From assembly GCF_001194135.2 (NCBI RefSeq), contig NC_068985.1, positions 20,547,537 through 20,611,536 on the forward strand: 64,000 nucleotides of DNA, written 5' to 3'. A program made the position numbers and the translations under genes. Below the pieces are notes generated by a model. It was not told where the DNA came from and ran no database searches. It saw only the letters and a program-made list of their open reading frames with translations. This DNA is from Octopus bimaculoides (taxonomy: Eukaryota). Positions 26,739 through 40,274 of the stretch are shown here, piece by piece. Position 1 is the first letter of the stretch; each line of letters begins with the position of its first letter.

Positions 26739-26920
26739 ATGATGATGATATATATATATATATATATATATATACGATGGGTTTCTTTCAGTTTCCATCT
26801 ATCAAATCCACTTTGGTCAGCCCGAGGCTATAGTAGAAGACACTTGCCCAAGGTGCCACGCAGTGGGACTGAACCGAGAACCATGTGGTTGGTAAGCAAG
26901 CTACTTATCACACAGCCACA
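26472..26920 (-). mobile_element. Near full-length tRNA-derived SINE, family A, with central microsatellite
   Basis: On the minus strand: A box tggctgtgtgata, B box ggttcagtccc, ccttgggcaagtgtctt core, (AAAAGAGT)n tail. Several similar copies in the window. Confidence 0.9.
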
Positions 26921-27119
26921 GTACTGTTAATAATCTGAGTTCTTTCTGTAGTTTAATCTTCAAATCCTTTTCTAGCAACACTTAATATGCATTCTTATGC
27001 AGAGTTAATCCATTTTCTGTATGATGTATTTCATCATCATTGAAATTGTATTCACTTGTCGAATTTAGAAGAAAAACCACCAGATTCCTATATAATGGTT
27101 ATTCTCTGACCAGAGAATA

Positions 27120-27260
27120 TACAATATATTCATAGTTATATCAAGTTATATCAATATATTCATAGTTATATCATAGTTATATCATAGTTATATCATAGTT
27201 ATATCATAGTTATATCATAGTTATATCAAGTTCTATATATACGTCATAGTTATATCAAGC
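27120..27260. repeat. Minisatellite, 11-bp unit CATAGTTATAT (about 10 copies, some variant)
   Basis: Directly visible tandem array. Confidence 0.9.
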
Positions 27261-28573
27261 TGATAAAATCCAGTAACATTGAAATTGTTGTACTTTTATG
27301 ATATTGAGTGCTTACTGTAGAGGTTTTCATCTGAAAATTGTTTTACACTGAATTTCTTATATGGAACTAATTCTGCTATTTGCTGTGTAGTGTATTATGT
27401 AAATACTTGTTTTATTCATTAGTTACAATGAACTTCTCACTAAAATAGATTCCATCTGAAGGAGTCAAATAAATAGTCTTAATGCAAATTATTGTTAATT
27501 AACCCAACTTTCTAGCTTTTGTGGGTTTTTCCTTTACATATATCTTCTTAGAATGTCGATTTTTTCTAAGCTTTTTTTTTATTAACTATTATTATCATGG
27601 CAATAACTAATGTTATTATATTTAAACCGTCTTTAAAACCAGGCTTTTCTTCTTTTTTTTTTGTTTTTGCATGGTCGCAGTCTAATGACTGAAACAAATA
27701 AAAGAATAAACTACATTTCCTACATATTATCGTTTACCCAGGTGCTAATCTTATAAAGATAATAATTAAGATATTTTTATTTGAGGTTAAATAACATTAA
27801 ATTGGAGAGACTCAAAGTATGAACATTTTTCAGTCAATCAGTTCACCTTTAATATAATTAAAAGCACAGAATACAAAACACCTCCACATTAACTTTTGTA
27901 CTATTTTCTTAGGCAATTTCTTTATTTATCAGTGATAGAATTTGCTTTTAGGGTAATTTCTCTATTTATCTGACTGAATTTGCTTCAGGAAAATTTACAT
28001 TTCTCTTTTTTAAATCATGTTCATGTTTTGTCTGGAGGTGTTTTTACATTCATAAGTTTTATAATGAAGTCTTTGGTTGCTTTTCTGCTTCTGTCACTTC
28101 AAGTATGTTTGTGCATTGTAAACTAAAATAAATATTTAAAATTTAATTTCTTATTAGTAACTCAAGTTTCTCTCATGCACTTTTCTTTCTTACAAATCAT
28201 TGAAAAAAGAATGTACTAAAAAAGTATCGTTGTAAGATAAAATTATATCAATGTTCTTGTCTATTGATCGACACAACAACCCTGGAGTATATCAGTATCT
28301 TAACATGTAATTCATAATTTTGACAAAACAAGCTATCCTCTAAACTATGATAATAAATAAAAAAAGAATCATGGAGTCAACAAATTTTTAAAGTTTATGA
28401 GGTGTCAAATACAGAAATCAACGAGGATATTTCCCAAGATATTGTTGTCATAGATATATTGCAAAACTGCCAGATTAAAATTTAAAAACAAGTAAGCCAT
28501 TTTGCGATATTTCAATATGAAGTTGAAATGTTGGGAAATATTTTATGATTTCAAACGAATATTCAGTAGTTAA

Positions 28574-28794
28574 CCTTTTTGTTACCAACTCATCTCTGAC
28601 TGGCCTTGGTTCTATGATATAAACTTTCTATTTTAAAGTGGTCTAAATTAAAACCTTTTTATCAATATTTCATGTTAATTTATGTTCCAAACACTAGCTT
28701 AAGTGACAAAGCTATTTTACTACAGTCTTCATTATTTTCAAAATTAATTTATACAAAAGGAATATATTTCATAAGAAACATGGTAGCAAAATGG
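28574..28794. mobile_element. Degenerate piggyBac-type MITE
   Basis: TTAA followed by CCTTTTTGTTACC on the left and GGTAGCAAAATGG on the right; same size class as 33016-33235. Confidence 0.5.
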
Positions 28795-29548
28795 ACTATA
28801 TTACATTTCCACCTAACTTGGGAGCTGTGATTTTATATTGCTTCACTTGTTCTTCCTCATCAAGCATCATTGCTGTGTTAAGAGTTTACAAAGTTCTAGT
28901 AAGATCTACATTGAATTGATGTTCACATGTTCACTACTACACAGACCAATATCCTGCAAATCATTCAAAAGATAATTGTCTGATTGATCAACAAACAACC
29001 ACTAACTCACAGATTTGTTATTTTACCTCTCTGTCTTTTCTATCATTGCTACAATGGTCTCTGTCTCAGACCCTCTTAATTCAAAACTGTCAAATACATC
29101 TGTTTCTTCTCTTATCATTCCTGAGTTGTAGACTTAGTCTGTCATCCAAATTTAACACAACCACATTGCACTCACCTAAGGTACCTTAAGTGGAGTCTAC
29201 TCTGTTGCAAATTTTCAAACAAGATTTCTGGTTTGAGTATGCTTTCCTCTGTCCCTCTCTCTCTTTCTCCCTCCTGCTAGTCTCAGAGGTCCTTAAAGGG
29301 TCATGGGAATTGACCTCCTGACTAGAAGATGAAAAATAAATCCTCGCATCATTCACTTCACAGATTATGCATTTAGCACCTTCCTAGACATTACTCTCCA
29401 GAACAAGCCCCTTCTAGAATTCCCTACCATTTCCCATTTTACTTCAGATATCAGATTGCAGATGTCTTATTCTGAACCTTAGCAGCATTGATCATTAATC
29501 TCACTAGTCTTGGAGAGCCAATAGAGTTCATAGACACTTCTTCATCTG

Positions 29549-29581
<33 letters not shown>

Positions 29582-30240
29582 AAGATAGAAAGAAAAGTCC
29601 ATTTTCCTCATACTAATTAATTCATTTCCATTTTCTAATACTGGCTTGTGATGGATATCTCTGTAGAATACTAATATTCAAAACGCTGTAATGTCTATGT
29701 TATTTTGGCAGTGTTTTGCAGACAGGTATGCACTAATAAGAAAAAAATGTGTGTGGACATGTGTGTTTATGAATGTGTATATATTCAGATTATGAGAGTC
29801 AATATGTTTATGCCTATGTATATGCATGCATATTTACATCAATCTATGTGAATGTGTTTATCTTACATCAGTGTATGTTTGTATGAAAAAGTGTATGAAG
29901 TTATACATTAGGGATAAACATCATTTGCAATGGTATATTAGTATGTAAATAATAGATGTTGTTCAAACTTAGAAATTTTGCTAACATTTTACATAACTCT
30001 GATCAATACTTGTGTTTGCATTCTTTCGTGTGCATATTGGCATATTCTGAGTGATTGTGAGTGGAGTCAGCATATATGTATGTGTGTGTGCAAGATGGTT
30101 ACTCTGTATGTAATCTGTTTGGTTATCAATTGGTGCCACTCCTACATCATAGCTGAGTGAATATATAAATGTATAGACATATCTAAAATCCAAGACCGGC
30201 TATTAGGTTTCAAAAGTTAATGGAACCATTCTAAAATGGA

Positions 30241-30296
<56 letters not shown>

Positions 30297-30464
30297 CAGT
30301 GTTATAAAAGAGCACAAATGACAACAATGGAGGAGGAGATGAATGTGGTTAAAAAGGAAGAACAAATAAGACAGGGTCAGTAGTAAGAAAAGGTAAGGTA
30401 GAGTGGGCAAAAAGGGAAAATAGTATATGTGTGTGTGTTTGTGTGCATGTAAATATGTGTGTGT

Positions 30465-30767
30465 GGAGGCACATGGCCTAGTGGTTAGAGCAGTGGACTC
30501 ACAGTCGAGGGATTGTGGGTTCAAATCTCAGACTGGGTGATGTGTGTGTTTATGAGCGAAACACCTAAGCTCCATGCAGCTTCTGCAGAAGGTAATGGTG
30601 AACTTCTGCTGACTCTTTCGCCACAACTTTCTCTCACTCTTTTTTCCTGCATCTAGCAGCTCACCTGTGACAGACCAGCGTCTCGTCCAGGTGGGAACCT
30701 ATATGCCAATGAAACCAAGAAACTGGCCCTTATGAGCCAGGCATGGCTTGAGAAGGAACAAAAAAAG
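30465..30767 (+). mobile_element. tRNA-derived SINE, family C
   Basis: A box TGGCCTAGTGG (30474), B box GGTTCAAATC (30518), central ctctttcgccacaactttctctcactct domain shared with 49350-49720, A-rich end. Confidence 0.85.
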
Positions 30768-31208
30768 AAATATATGTGTATATGTATATCTATCTTTCTA
30801 TTTGTCAGCCTGTCTGTCATAACAGTGTGGCACAGGGAGATGACAAAGGAGGATATGAACAATCAGGAGAAACATAATAGATGCAGACATGCTCAATCCC
30901 TCATCAGTTATTGATCAAATATCATTGCATTTTTGACATACATGCACACTCATCCATACATATATATATATATATAGATATATATATATATATATANNNN
31001 NNNNNNNNNNNNNNNNNNNNNNNNNNNNNNNNNNNNNNNNNNNNNNNNNNNNNNNNNNNNNNNNNNNNNNNNNNNNNNNNNNNNNNNNNNNNNNNNNNNN
31101 NNNNNNNNNNNNNNNNNNNNNNNNNNNNNNNNNNNNNNNNNNNNNNNNNNNNNNNNNNNNNNNNNNNNNNNNNNNNNNNTATACATATATATATACACAT
31201 ACATATAA

Positions 31209-31276
<68 letters not shown>

Positions 31277-31799
31277 GGCCTGATTATCGAACTCTTTAAT
31301 TGGATGCTTTTAAATTCACCAATCAGTCACCTCAGAATAGTCAATCCATCATAATGTTGGTGACAAAAAGTCAGGCTAATTCAGTATTTAGTAACAAGAA
31401 TGACCAACATATGCTCTTCTAAAAAGCTTTATTACTTATATTATTTTCAACATTATTATGCAAATAGAATAATATTTTTTAAATTCAAAGCATTTAAATA
31501 GTCAAATTTTAAATATTGTCTAGTTTTTAAGTTGTTTTAATTCTTTTAATGGCATCAATTTAATATTCATATATAGCAGATACCGACATATACTGACAGA
31601 TACAAAACAGATTAAAGAATGATATTTTGAAAAAAATCAACATAATCTCAATATGTTCTACCTTTCGCTAATAAAAATGTATTTAGGAATGAATATATTA
31701 CCATATTTATTTCCTGGAACATTAAATAGCTCATTACACATCCATTGCACATATGTGAAAAGCTACACATCAATTCAGTAGATTCTTCAGGTTGCTCTC

Positions 31800-32030
31800 A
31801 TCATCGTCATCATCGTCATCATCGTCATCATCATCATCATCGTCATCATCGTCATCATAATTACTATTTAACGTCTGCTTTTCATGCCGGCATGGGTTGA
31901 ATGGTTTGACTAGATCTAGTGATCTAAAGGGTTGTGTCAAGCTCTAGTATCATCTTTGTCATGGTTTCTATGGCTGGATGCCCTTCCTAATGTTGATCAC
32001 TTCACAGCATGTACTGGATGTATCTTTCAT
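31800..32030 (-). mobile_element. Old RTE-type 3' tail with (CAT/CGT)n
   Basis: tttaacgtctgcttttcatgccggcatgggttgaatgg...gctggatgcccttcctaatg. Confidence 0.7.
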
Positions 32031-32139
32031 GTCACAGGCATTGCAATGTGAATACATAAGAAGTGCCTTTGCTAAAGTATTTCCAATGCAAAATAGAGTT
32101 CATGAATTAAAAGTTGGTCATTAATATTACATTATTTAA

Positions 32140-32381
32140 TAGGGTGGCAAGCTGGCTGAAGTGTTAGCACAGAGAGTGGAATGCTTAGTGGCATTTTGTC
32201 TGTCTTACTTTCTGAGTTCAAATTCTGCTGAGGTTGACTTTGTCTTTCATCCATTTGGTAGTGTTGGTGGTGGTGGGGTGGGGGGGTCATTAAAATAATT
32301 ACCGGTTGAGTACTGGAGATGATGTAATCAACTTACATCCTCCCCAAAACTGCTGGCCTTGTGCCAAAAATTTGAAACCAA
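32140..32381 (+). mobile_element. tRNA-derived SINE, family B
   Basis: Family-B head and tail; about 14-bp TSD aat(a/g)ttacattatt on both flanks. Confidence 0.8.
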
Positions 32382-33015
32382 TGTTACATTATTCAAAATC
32401 AGATCAAACTATTTGTTTCAACCTTCATAGATGGAAAATTGAAACAAAACTCACTGCATCATAAAGAAAGAAACCAGCTTCAAGAATTCATGTGGCCTAA
32501 TGATTAGGGTGCTGGTTCAGTTCCCAGATCATGGGTTCAGTTCCCAGACTGGGTGCTGTGTTGTATTCTTGAGCAAAATACTTCATCTCACATTGCTCTA
32601 GTGCTGTGTGGGGGACCAACACACCAAAGAATAGACCCAATATCTCTTCTGCATGTTATAAAAGGTGACTAATAGAGATTAAGATAGGATTTGCCCTCTG
32701 ACATCATAAAACCCTCACCAGCAATGACAACCCAAACAGACCCATGTGTTGCCTGAGTGGTACAATGGTGTCATCCACCAGGAATCACTAAGAAATGGTA
32801 GATGCAGCAACGTGCTGTTACAGCATATACCTGCTTTAAATAAAAAGTACCTTCCCCCATGTTACTTGCTTCTAAAATCTGTTTTGAACATAAATTATAT
32901 AATTCATTTCTATTTTAGCCATCTAATAACTAATTATCTAATTATTTATTTCAGCATAGAGTAATAGACATGATAAACATAATTTTATTTTTCATGGTTT
33001 GTTTCCTGGTATTAA

Positions 33016-33235
33016 CCCTTTAGCATTTTAACTTGCCATATACAGCCCAAACATTCTACTTGTTTTAAGTTCTAACTGATAAGATCTGGCCTTTCATACC
33101 TACTCAGCAATGTCACTCTAAAAATAAACAATCACATCATTGAAATCTTGAAGCAATGAGATAATGCATGATTGATCCAAAACATTATAAATAAACAAAT
33201 ATTACATTTGACAGAGCAATCTGAATGCTAAAGGG
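33016..33235. mobile_element. piggyBac-superfamily MITE, 220 bp
   Basis: Perfect 12-bp TIR CCCTTTAGCATT / AATGCTAAAGGG flanked by TTAA on both sides. Confidence 0.9.
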
Positions 33236-33719
33236 TTAATAAAGAATGGAAAATAACAATATTACATTAATCACATTTTTGCTTTTGGTTGATTATTTTG
33301 AGTTATTTTGCATGATTAATGCTTTCATTTTAGAGATCTAACAACTGCATTGCTGTTAGTCACAAGACTGTGTCTTTAATCACCATAAAAGAGCACTAAA
33401 AGCTAATGGTCTTCATTTTTGATTTTGATGCATTTACAGATAAAAATAATCTTACATTATGGAAAAAAAAAAGACAATGTAAGATAATCTTGAATAGTTA
33501 ATTGTACGCTTTTTACTCTTTATTTTTTGTTTTAATCACTGGACTGTAGCCATGCTTGAGCAACACGTTGAAGAATCTTTATCCAATCATATCAACTCTT
33601 TTCTTTTTCCATCACACTAAGTCATGAAACATAAACACTGGCAGATTTTTTTCAAATAGTGTTAAAACAACGACTGACATATAGGCAGACATACTCAAAC
33701 AGGCACAAGCACAAATACA

Positions 33720-33766
<47 letters not shown>

Positions 33767-33786
33767 ACACACACATATATATATAT

Positions 33787-34150
33787 ATCATCATTGCTTA
33801 ATGTCTGCCTTCCATGCTGGCATGGGTAGGACGATTTGACAGGAGCCAGCCAAGCAAAAACCTGCACTAGACTTATGCAACTGTTTTGGCAGGGTCTTTA
33901 CAGCTGGATGCCCTTCCTAACACCAACCACTCAGCAGAGTGGACTTATTGCTTTTTACGTGGCACAAGCACCGGTGAGATCAGTTTTGGCAAGGTTTTTA
34001 CAGCTGGATCCAAATGCCAACCACTTAACAGTGTGGACTGGGTGCCTTTAAGTGCCACCTGCACTGGCTGGGTCACCAAGTACTTGCAAGAAGAAGAGGT
34101 ACAAGGTTACCTGGCCGGAGAGATCAGGAATGAGAGGGGTTAGCCATGTA
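33787..34150 (-). mobile_element. RTE-type 3' region with internal tandem duplication
   Basis: Homologous to the RTE tail; the ttttggcag..tacagctggat..ccaaccact block occurs twice. Confidence 0.7.
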
Positions 34151-34229
34151 TCTCCACTACTGCAAGACACTTGTTTCTGTCCCTCTGTCATACTTTAACC
34201 TGGCATTACAGCTACCTCCATCAACATTA

Positions 34230-34440
34230 CATCCCACTCATTTGAGGGGGTCTTTTCTTGCAAGTTACTTGGTGACCTCACTAGTGCCACTGCCACCTAA
34301 AACGTGTTCAGTACACTCTGTAAAGTGATTGGCATTAGGAAGGGCTTCCAGCCATAGAAATTATGGCACAGCAGATATTGGAGCTTGACACACTCCTCCG
34401 GTTCATCAGCCCTTTCCAAATAGATAGTGTGAACATCAAC
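34230..34440 (+). mobile_element. RTE-type 3' region, inverted relative to 33787-34150
   Basis: tcttttcttgcaagttacttggtgacc and ggcattaggaagggcttccagcc match the RTE tail in + orientation. Confidence 0.65.
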
Positions 34441-34444
34441 AAGC

Positions 34445-34775
34445 TACTAATGCAAATGACATCATTCTCATTGCGAAAATCCCAAACCAGCTGCAGACCA
34501 TGTTGACAGAGCTGGACATGTATAGCTCAGTTGTAGTCCTTGAAATGAACCACATGTAAACAAAATACAAGTGGTCTGAAGATGCTGCACTTGGCTGAAT
34601 ACAGGTGAGAAGCAAAGAAACCTAGGAGGTAAAAGGTGGTCTGTTTTGAGCATACAAAGAAATATGAACTGATACATGGTTGTTGAAATCTCATTGAGAA
34701 TAAGGATAAAATGGAAAGCATTTACCTCAATATGAGATGTGCTCAAAGCAAAACTGGACAAAACCCTCTGTGCTT
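34445..34775 (+). mobile_element. Degraded RT fragment of a second RTE family
   Basis: Translates as ANDIILIAKIPNQLQTMLTELD.YSS.V.LEMNH..TKY..., then I.LRIRIKWKAFTSI.DVLKAKLDK (YADD-region of RTE RT), with stops and frameshifts. Confidence 0.7.
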
Positions 34776-35012
34776 GTCTCTTCTCCCTCTGTCATACAAG
34801 CAGTGTTGCTTGTTTTGTAATCTTGCAAATATGTCTGGACTAAGATAAAATATTACTTTGCTGGAAAACAGGTAAGCATTGGCAACAGGAAGAGCATCTG
34901 GCCATAACAATCTGCTTCAATAAATCCTTCTTGAACCATCCAAACATGTTAAAATGACCAGAACAACGATGGCAGTGATACCATTGATGCTGCTATGAGG
35001 ACAATGATGATA

Positions 35013-35307
35013 ATCATCATCATCATCATCATCGTTTAACGTCCGCTTTCCATGCTAGCATGGGTTGGACGATTTGACTGAGGACTGGTGCAACCGGATG
35101 GCAACACCAGGCTCCAGTCTGATTTGGCAGAGTTTCTACAGCTGGATGCCCTTCCTAACGCCAACCACTCAGAGAGCGTAGTGGGTGCTTTTACGTGTCA
35201 CCCGCACGAAAACGGCCACGCTCGAAATGGTGTCTTTTATGTGCCACCCGCACAAGAGCCAGTCCAGGGGCACTGGCAACGATCTCGCTCGAAAACCCTA
35301 CAAGGCC
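35013..35307 (-). mobile_element. Young RTE LINE 3' UTR with (GAT)n tail, truncated by a gap
   Basis: About 230 bp differ by only 3 substitutions from the reverse complement of 42222-42454; CpGs intact. Confidence 0.9.
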
Positions 35308-35629
35308 NNNNNNNNNNNNNNNNNNNNNNNNNNNNNNNNNNNNNNNNNNNNNNNNNNNNNNNNNNNNNNNNNNNNNNNNNNNNNNNNNNNNNNNNNNNNN
35401 NNNNNNNNNNNNNNNNNNNNNNNNNNNNNNNNNNNNNNNNNNNNNNNNNNNNNNNNNNNNNNNNNNNNNNNNNNNNNNNNNNNNNNNNNNNNNNNNNNNN
35501 NNNNNNNNNNNNNNNNNNNNNNNNNNNNNNNNNNNNNNNNNNNNNNNNNNNNNNNNNNNNNNNNNNNNNNNNNNNNNNNNNNNNNNNNNNNNNNNNNNNN
35601 NNNNNNNNNNNNNNNNNNNNNNNNNNATA

Positions 35630-35756
35630 CAGGGTGTCCACAAAGTCTGGGTACATGGGGATTAATACATACTTTAAGAAATTATTATTTCTTATATTTA
35701 ATTGTTTATGTTATGATTTTATTTACTCCATGTACCCAGACCTTGTGGACACCCTG
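35630..35756. mobile_element. Tc1/mariner-type MITE, 127 bp
   Basis: 29-bp TIR CAGGGTGTCCACAAAGTCTGGGTACATGG (1 mismatch) with TA on both sides. Confidence 0.9.
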
Positions 35757-35990
35757 TATATATATATATATATATATATATGAAGTATGTGAATGTATAA
35801 TCTTGGCACTTTTCAGATTCCTGTATGATTCATATTTATATTCCACAGAAGTGATAAAACTGTAATATTTACTGGGGTATACAACTCTCTTTGTTATTTG
35901 TCAGCAAAATGAATACCAATAGTTTACTATATAAAACAATATACCATGAGTTGTGGGTAAGGTGAATAATTCGGAATTGTTTAAAAGTAC

Positions 35991-36021
<31 letters not shown>

Positions 36022-36846
36022 TGTATGTATGTATGCATGTATGTATGTATGTATGTATGTATGTATGTACGTACGTACGTACGTATGTGTAAATGTATGT
36101 ATGTGTGTGTGTATGTATATATGTATGTATGTATGTCTAACTGCTACTGTCATGTTTAGAGCTCCATGTTGATTAACATCATCCAGTCTGCTTCCAGTAT
36201 AGTGGTTAAACTGCCACTATATTTAGTAGTATTACTAATTATGAACTACAGAACAAATGTAGGAGGTATTCATCTGTAATTTAATGCAGTAAAATGTTTA
36301 CTGATTATCCATTGTTGTTGAGCTTCTAAATGCATTTTGGAACATCTGTTGGAGGGCTCCAAGCAACCATAGTGGTGAAACACATAGAAGAACTTTAATA
36401 TAAACTTTATCCTGGGTTTAAACTGATTAATGGAAACTGTATTGCAAGAATTTGTTATTTGTCTCCTTATAAAAAATGGTAATCAATAATTCATTCTGCT
36501 ATAGAAAATATAGAAAATATAGAAAAGCAACAATGTAATTTATGGCATTTTGGGGGACAATTTCACTTCTTCATTATTCATCACTTGCTTATTTATTTAA
36601 CCAAGTAACTAACCAATTGTTAATAATTTTTTTAGAAATTTTTACTACCAGTAACCCAGCGTGTAGAAAAATTAGTCAATAGACTATATATTATTCATAT
36701 TGCCTCGTATTTATATGTTCAATCTTGGTGTACCTGTTGATGAAGACTCCGCCTAGCAAATTATTTTATTTGCTAATATAGAGCCAGAAACCATGGTCCA
36801 AGAGATAGATGGTAAATGTTTTTATTTTTCTGCCAAATCAGATTGA

Positions 36847-36937
36847 AGCCTGGTGTCACCCCCTGGTCCACCAGTCCTCAGTCAAATCGTCCAACCCATG
36901 CTAGCATGGAAAGCGGACGTTAAACGATGATGATGAT
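36847..36937 (+). mobile_element. Very short 3' end of the young RTE family
   Basis: 36871-36937 is identical to the terminal ~67 nt of 42222-42454, including the (GAT)n tail. Confidence 0.85.
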
Positions 36938-36947
36938 AATATATATG

Positions 36948-37145
36948 TATATACGACAGGCTTCTTTCAGTTTCCGTTAACCAAATCCACTCACAAGGCT
37001 TTTGTTGCCCTGAGGCTACAGTAGAAGATACTTGCCCAAGTTATCACACAATGGGCCTGAACCTGGAACCATGTGGTTGGGAAGCAAGCTTCTTACCACA
37101 CAGCTACTCCTGCACCTATACAGCACACCCACTCCTGTGCCTATG
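36948..37145 (-). mobile_element. SINE family A, 5' half
   Basis: cttctttcagtttcc...cttgcccaag...ggaaccatgtggttgg...accacacagctactcc. Confidence 0.8.
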
Positions 37146-37764
37146 TTAAAAAAATATTTACCTGCAAGTCATTTCTGATCAAAGGCATTCCAGTTATGAC
37201 CATATCATCTTTTTTGGAGATGTCTGAAACAATATATAATATATACTTTCTTTTTAAGATTGTAGAGCCTAATTTGATTTGAGGGGAATTTGTCTAATAT
37301 TTCTGGCATCACCAGTAACAACATAGTGGCTCACTCATTGACTTGTCAAAAGGGAGTTGTACACTAATTATTTGAAGCACTGTATGTACATGCAATGTTT
37401 ACTGTAAAGCTTAGAAAGGAAAGCACAAGCTTGATAGCTTGCTGTAGCAAATTAAAAAGCGAGGTGGTGAGTACCCATTGTGTATAATATAAAAGAATAG
37501 AACTTAACCAAGAGAGTTTCAGAGCATAATGGTTGCCAATGAAGGAGGATTTGCTAGCTAGGCAAACGCTATCTTTTGAATATGGTACCAACTGGGAAGG
37601 ATTAAAAGAGATGTACCATAACAAATGATCTATTGGGAAATACAATTTGGTGAATCCAGTGGAGTATTTTCATTAGCTTATGGCTGAAGTAATTAGTCCT
37701 ACTTTGCTCAGAAGTTTGAGCATTGTCACTTTGATGTGGTTTTGACTATGACATGAAGGTTTCA

Positions 37765-37882
37765 AAAGGAGAGAGGGAGAGAGGAAGGAAGGAAGGAAGG
37801 AAGGAAGGAAGGAAGGAAGGAAGGAAGGAAGGAAGGAATAAAGAAAGAAAGAAAGAAAGAAAGAAAGGAAGGAAGAAAGGAA

Positions 37883-37936
<54 letters not shown>

Positions 37937-37965
37937 AGGAAAGAAAGAAAGAAAGAAAGAAAGGA
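37765..37965. repeat. Polypurine (GGAA)n/(GAAA)n tract, about 200 bp
   Basis: Directly visible. Confidence 0.95.
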
Positions 37966-39107
37966 AAAAATATGAAAAACAGACTGATAGAAAGAATCAG
38001 AATTTAATTTTTGCAGGAAATATTTATTTATTTATTTACTTATGTGTCAACCCAAAGGCTGGGGCCATACTGGTGCAGCACCATTATTTGAGGTAAAATA
38101 TGAACAATTCTGAATTGATAAATCTTCCCAAAAGAATTAAAGAATTAAATGTTGAAAAGATTATTTATTTTCTACATTTTATATAACTTTGGGAATAGAG
38201 TTAATCTTTGATACTGAAATATAAACTAAAATGTGTTTTTATAAAACCATGTGGATTGAGCACTAACTAGATTTTAATGTCACAGTCTTAATCAATGTAT
38301 GTGTATTCTGAGGAATAAATTGTTTTTCTTTAACAGGTTAGAAAGGGAGAGAGAGGAGAGTGAGAGACAGTGACTGACTGAAAGATAGTCAGAAAGAGAT
38401 TCATAAAGTTGTCACTTTGCAACATTCATCAGTTGCACAAACAGTCATTTCTGTCATCTCCTCTTTCGTTGTGGTGTCTGCACTATCGTTGTTGCTGCAT
38501 CAGTCACTTGTATGCTATCATCACACTGCCGGGAGTCACTACAACAGTTGCAGAAAACCATAACAATCAGCTGTGGAAAAATAGCAGATATAGAAAGAAC
38601 AATAATTACTATAAATTTATTCCTATCCACAATTTCAATTTATTAAACATTACTCACTTTAGTAACACACTTATACAGACTTACTTAATCACACACACAC
38701 ACACACAAACACACACATACACACACATACACGCACGTACATACGTACATACATACATAAATACATACAAATTTTCGCATATACACATATATAGTACAAA
38801 CATATATAATTGTGCATACAAATATATATATAAAGTTATATTTATCATATTACAAAGTCAAATATAAACACACACATACAAACAGACACATCTGTTTTAA
38901 CCACCTTTTAAAAATTTATACCTTCTATTTTAAAAAAAAGTTTTAGTCATTTCTATTTCAAATACAATTAACTTTGTTCATTCCGGGATTGTTTTCAACT
39001 TCAAAATGATACTAGGACGTCCGAAGGTAAGCCACCTTTTTCTATAAACATCCTATCTTACTTTTATATATGTTTTTTTTTTCTCTCTCTCTTGTGGCTC
39101 ATTGCAG

Positions 39108-39219
39108 GAATCTAGCAAATCATTTGTATGCCAAAGTATATGAAACACAAGAGGATATGTGTCGGAAAAGAAATGAAATAAGATTAGCTAATATTCAACT
39201 GGCAGCAGTTCGGGCACAG
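39108..39219 (+). CDS. Internal coding exon 4 (112 nt, phase 2-0): NLANHLYAKVYETQEDMCRKRNEIRLANIQLAAVRAQ, helical/coiled-coil-like
   Basis: Long pyrimidine tract plus attgcag| acceptor and CAG|gtaggg donor. 37 open codons with protein-like composition. Confidence 0.85.
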
Positions 39220-40220
39220 GTAGGGAAATATGTGATCCAATTTTGCTAACTGGAAATGGTTAACTTGGTGTGCTCTTTTAAACACTGACAATTCTTTTCT
39301 AAGACTTCTTCAAAGAAAAAAAATTTGACATTTAACATATCTGGCAAAGAATTAACATCATAAAAAATGTTAATAAGATAGGTGTATTCCATTTAGCAGA
39401 CAGGATAAAAACACAAAAACCATCATAAACAAATGCATCTTTACTCTGACCACAAAAATGTAATCTATGTAATTACTTCAAACTAACACAAGACCACTTG
39501 AATGTTTTGGGGGCTTTCTACTTCTTTTTTTCCTCACTTGTTGCTTATTTGTTTGTTTTTGCAGGAGATGGATCAAGTTTTTCACTTATTCTTTATTTCT
39601 TTCCTTTGAATTAGGTTTTGTTCTCAGTTGATAATGTGTCTTAATGAACAGGATATCCGAATTTATATTCATGCATTCATGAAATATAACACGGGCATAT
39701 AAAGATATACATAACTGCATTCAAACACAGACACACATAGATATATATCATTATATATGTATATGTGTGTATATACACATGTGCCTGTGTTTGTATAAAT
39801 AGATACACACACATATACACACACACACACATATATGTATATATATACATATATATATATATTAAATTGAGTCTTATTTTAAAACTAGATTAAGAATAAC
39901 AAAAAAGTATTGTAATAGAGGTTTGTTGTGGAGTTTGTCTTAAATGGGAGTCTTTGCGCAGCTGATACAAGTCCCAGTCAGCATGTCCTGGTCACTATAA
40001 ACTTAGCAATAATATACAAGATGATACTGGAAATTTCCCAACATAGCCTTGTGCATGAAGAACATGGAGATAAGCGCTAGTTGGTCAACTGGGATTTTGT
40101 AAGTTCTCTCCCTTGTCCTCTTTTAGGATAAATTTTCATTAATGCTGATGGTCTCTCCTCTAAATTTGCTTATAAATGAAATGGTTTAAAAATTGCTTCA
40201 GCTGACTTACGTCCGTGTGT

Positions 40221-40274
<54 letters not shown>

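Noticed and set aside
27120-27260. CRISPR-like interpretation of the short tandem arrays here and at 60851-60970
   Set aside because: No unique spacers and a eukaryotic context; these are plain minisatellites.
30465-30540. tRNA-like sequence with A and B boxes
   Set aside because: Continues into a SINE body and cannot form a complete cloverleaf acceptor stem; it is a SINE head, not a tRNA gene.
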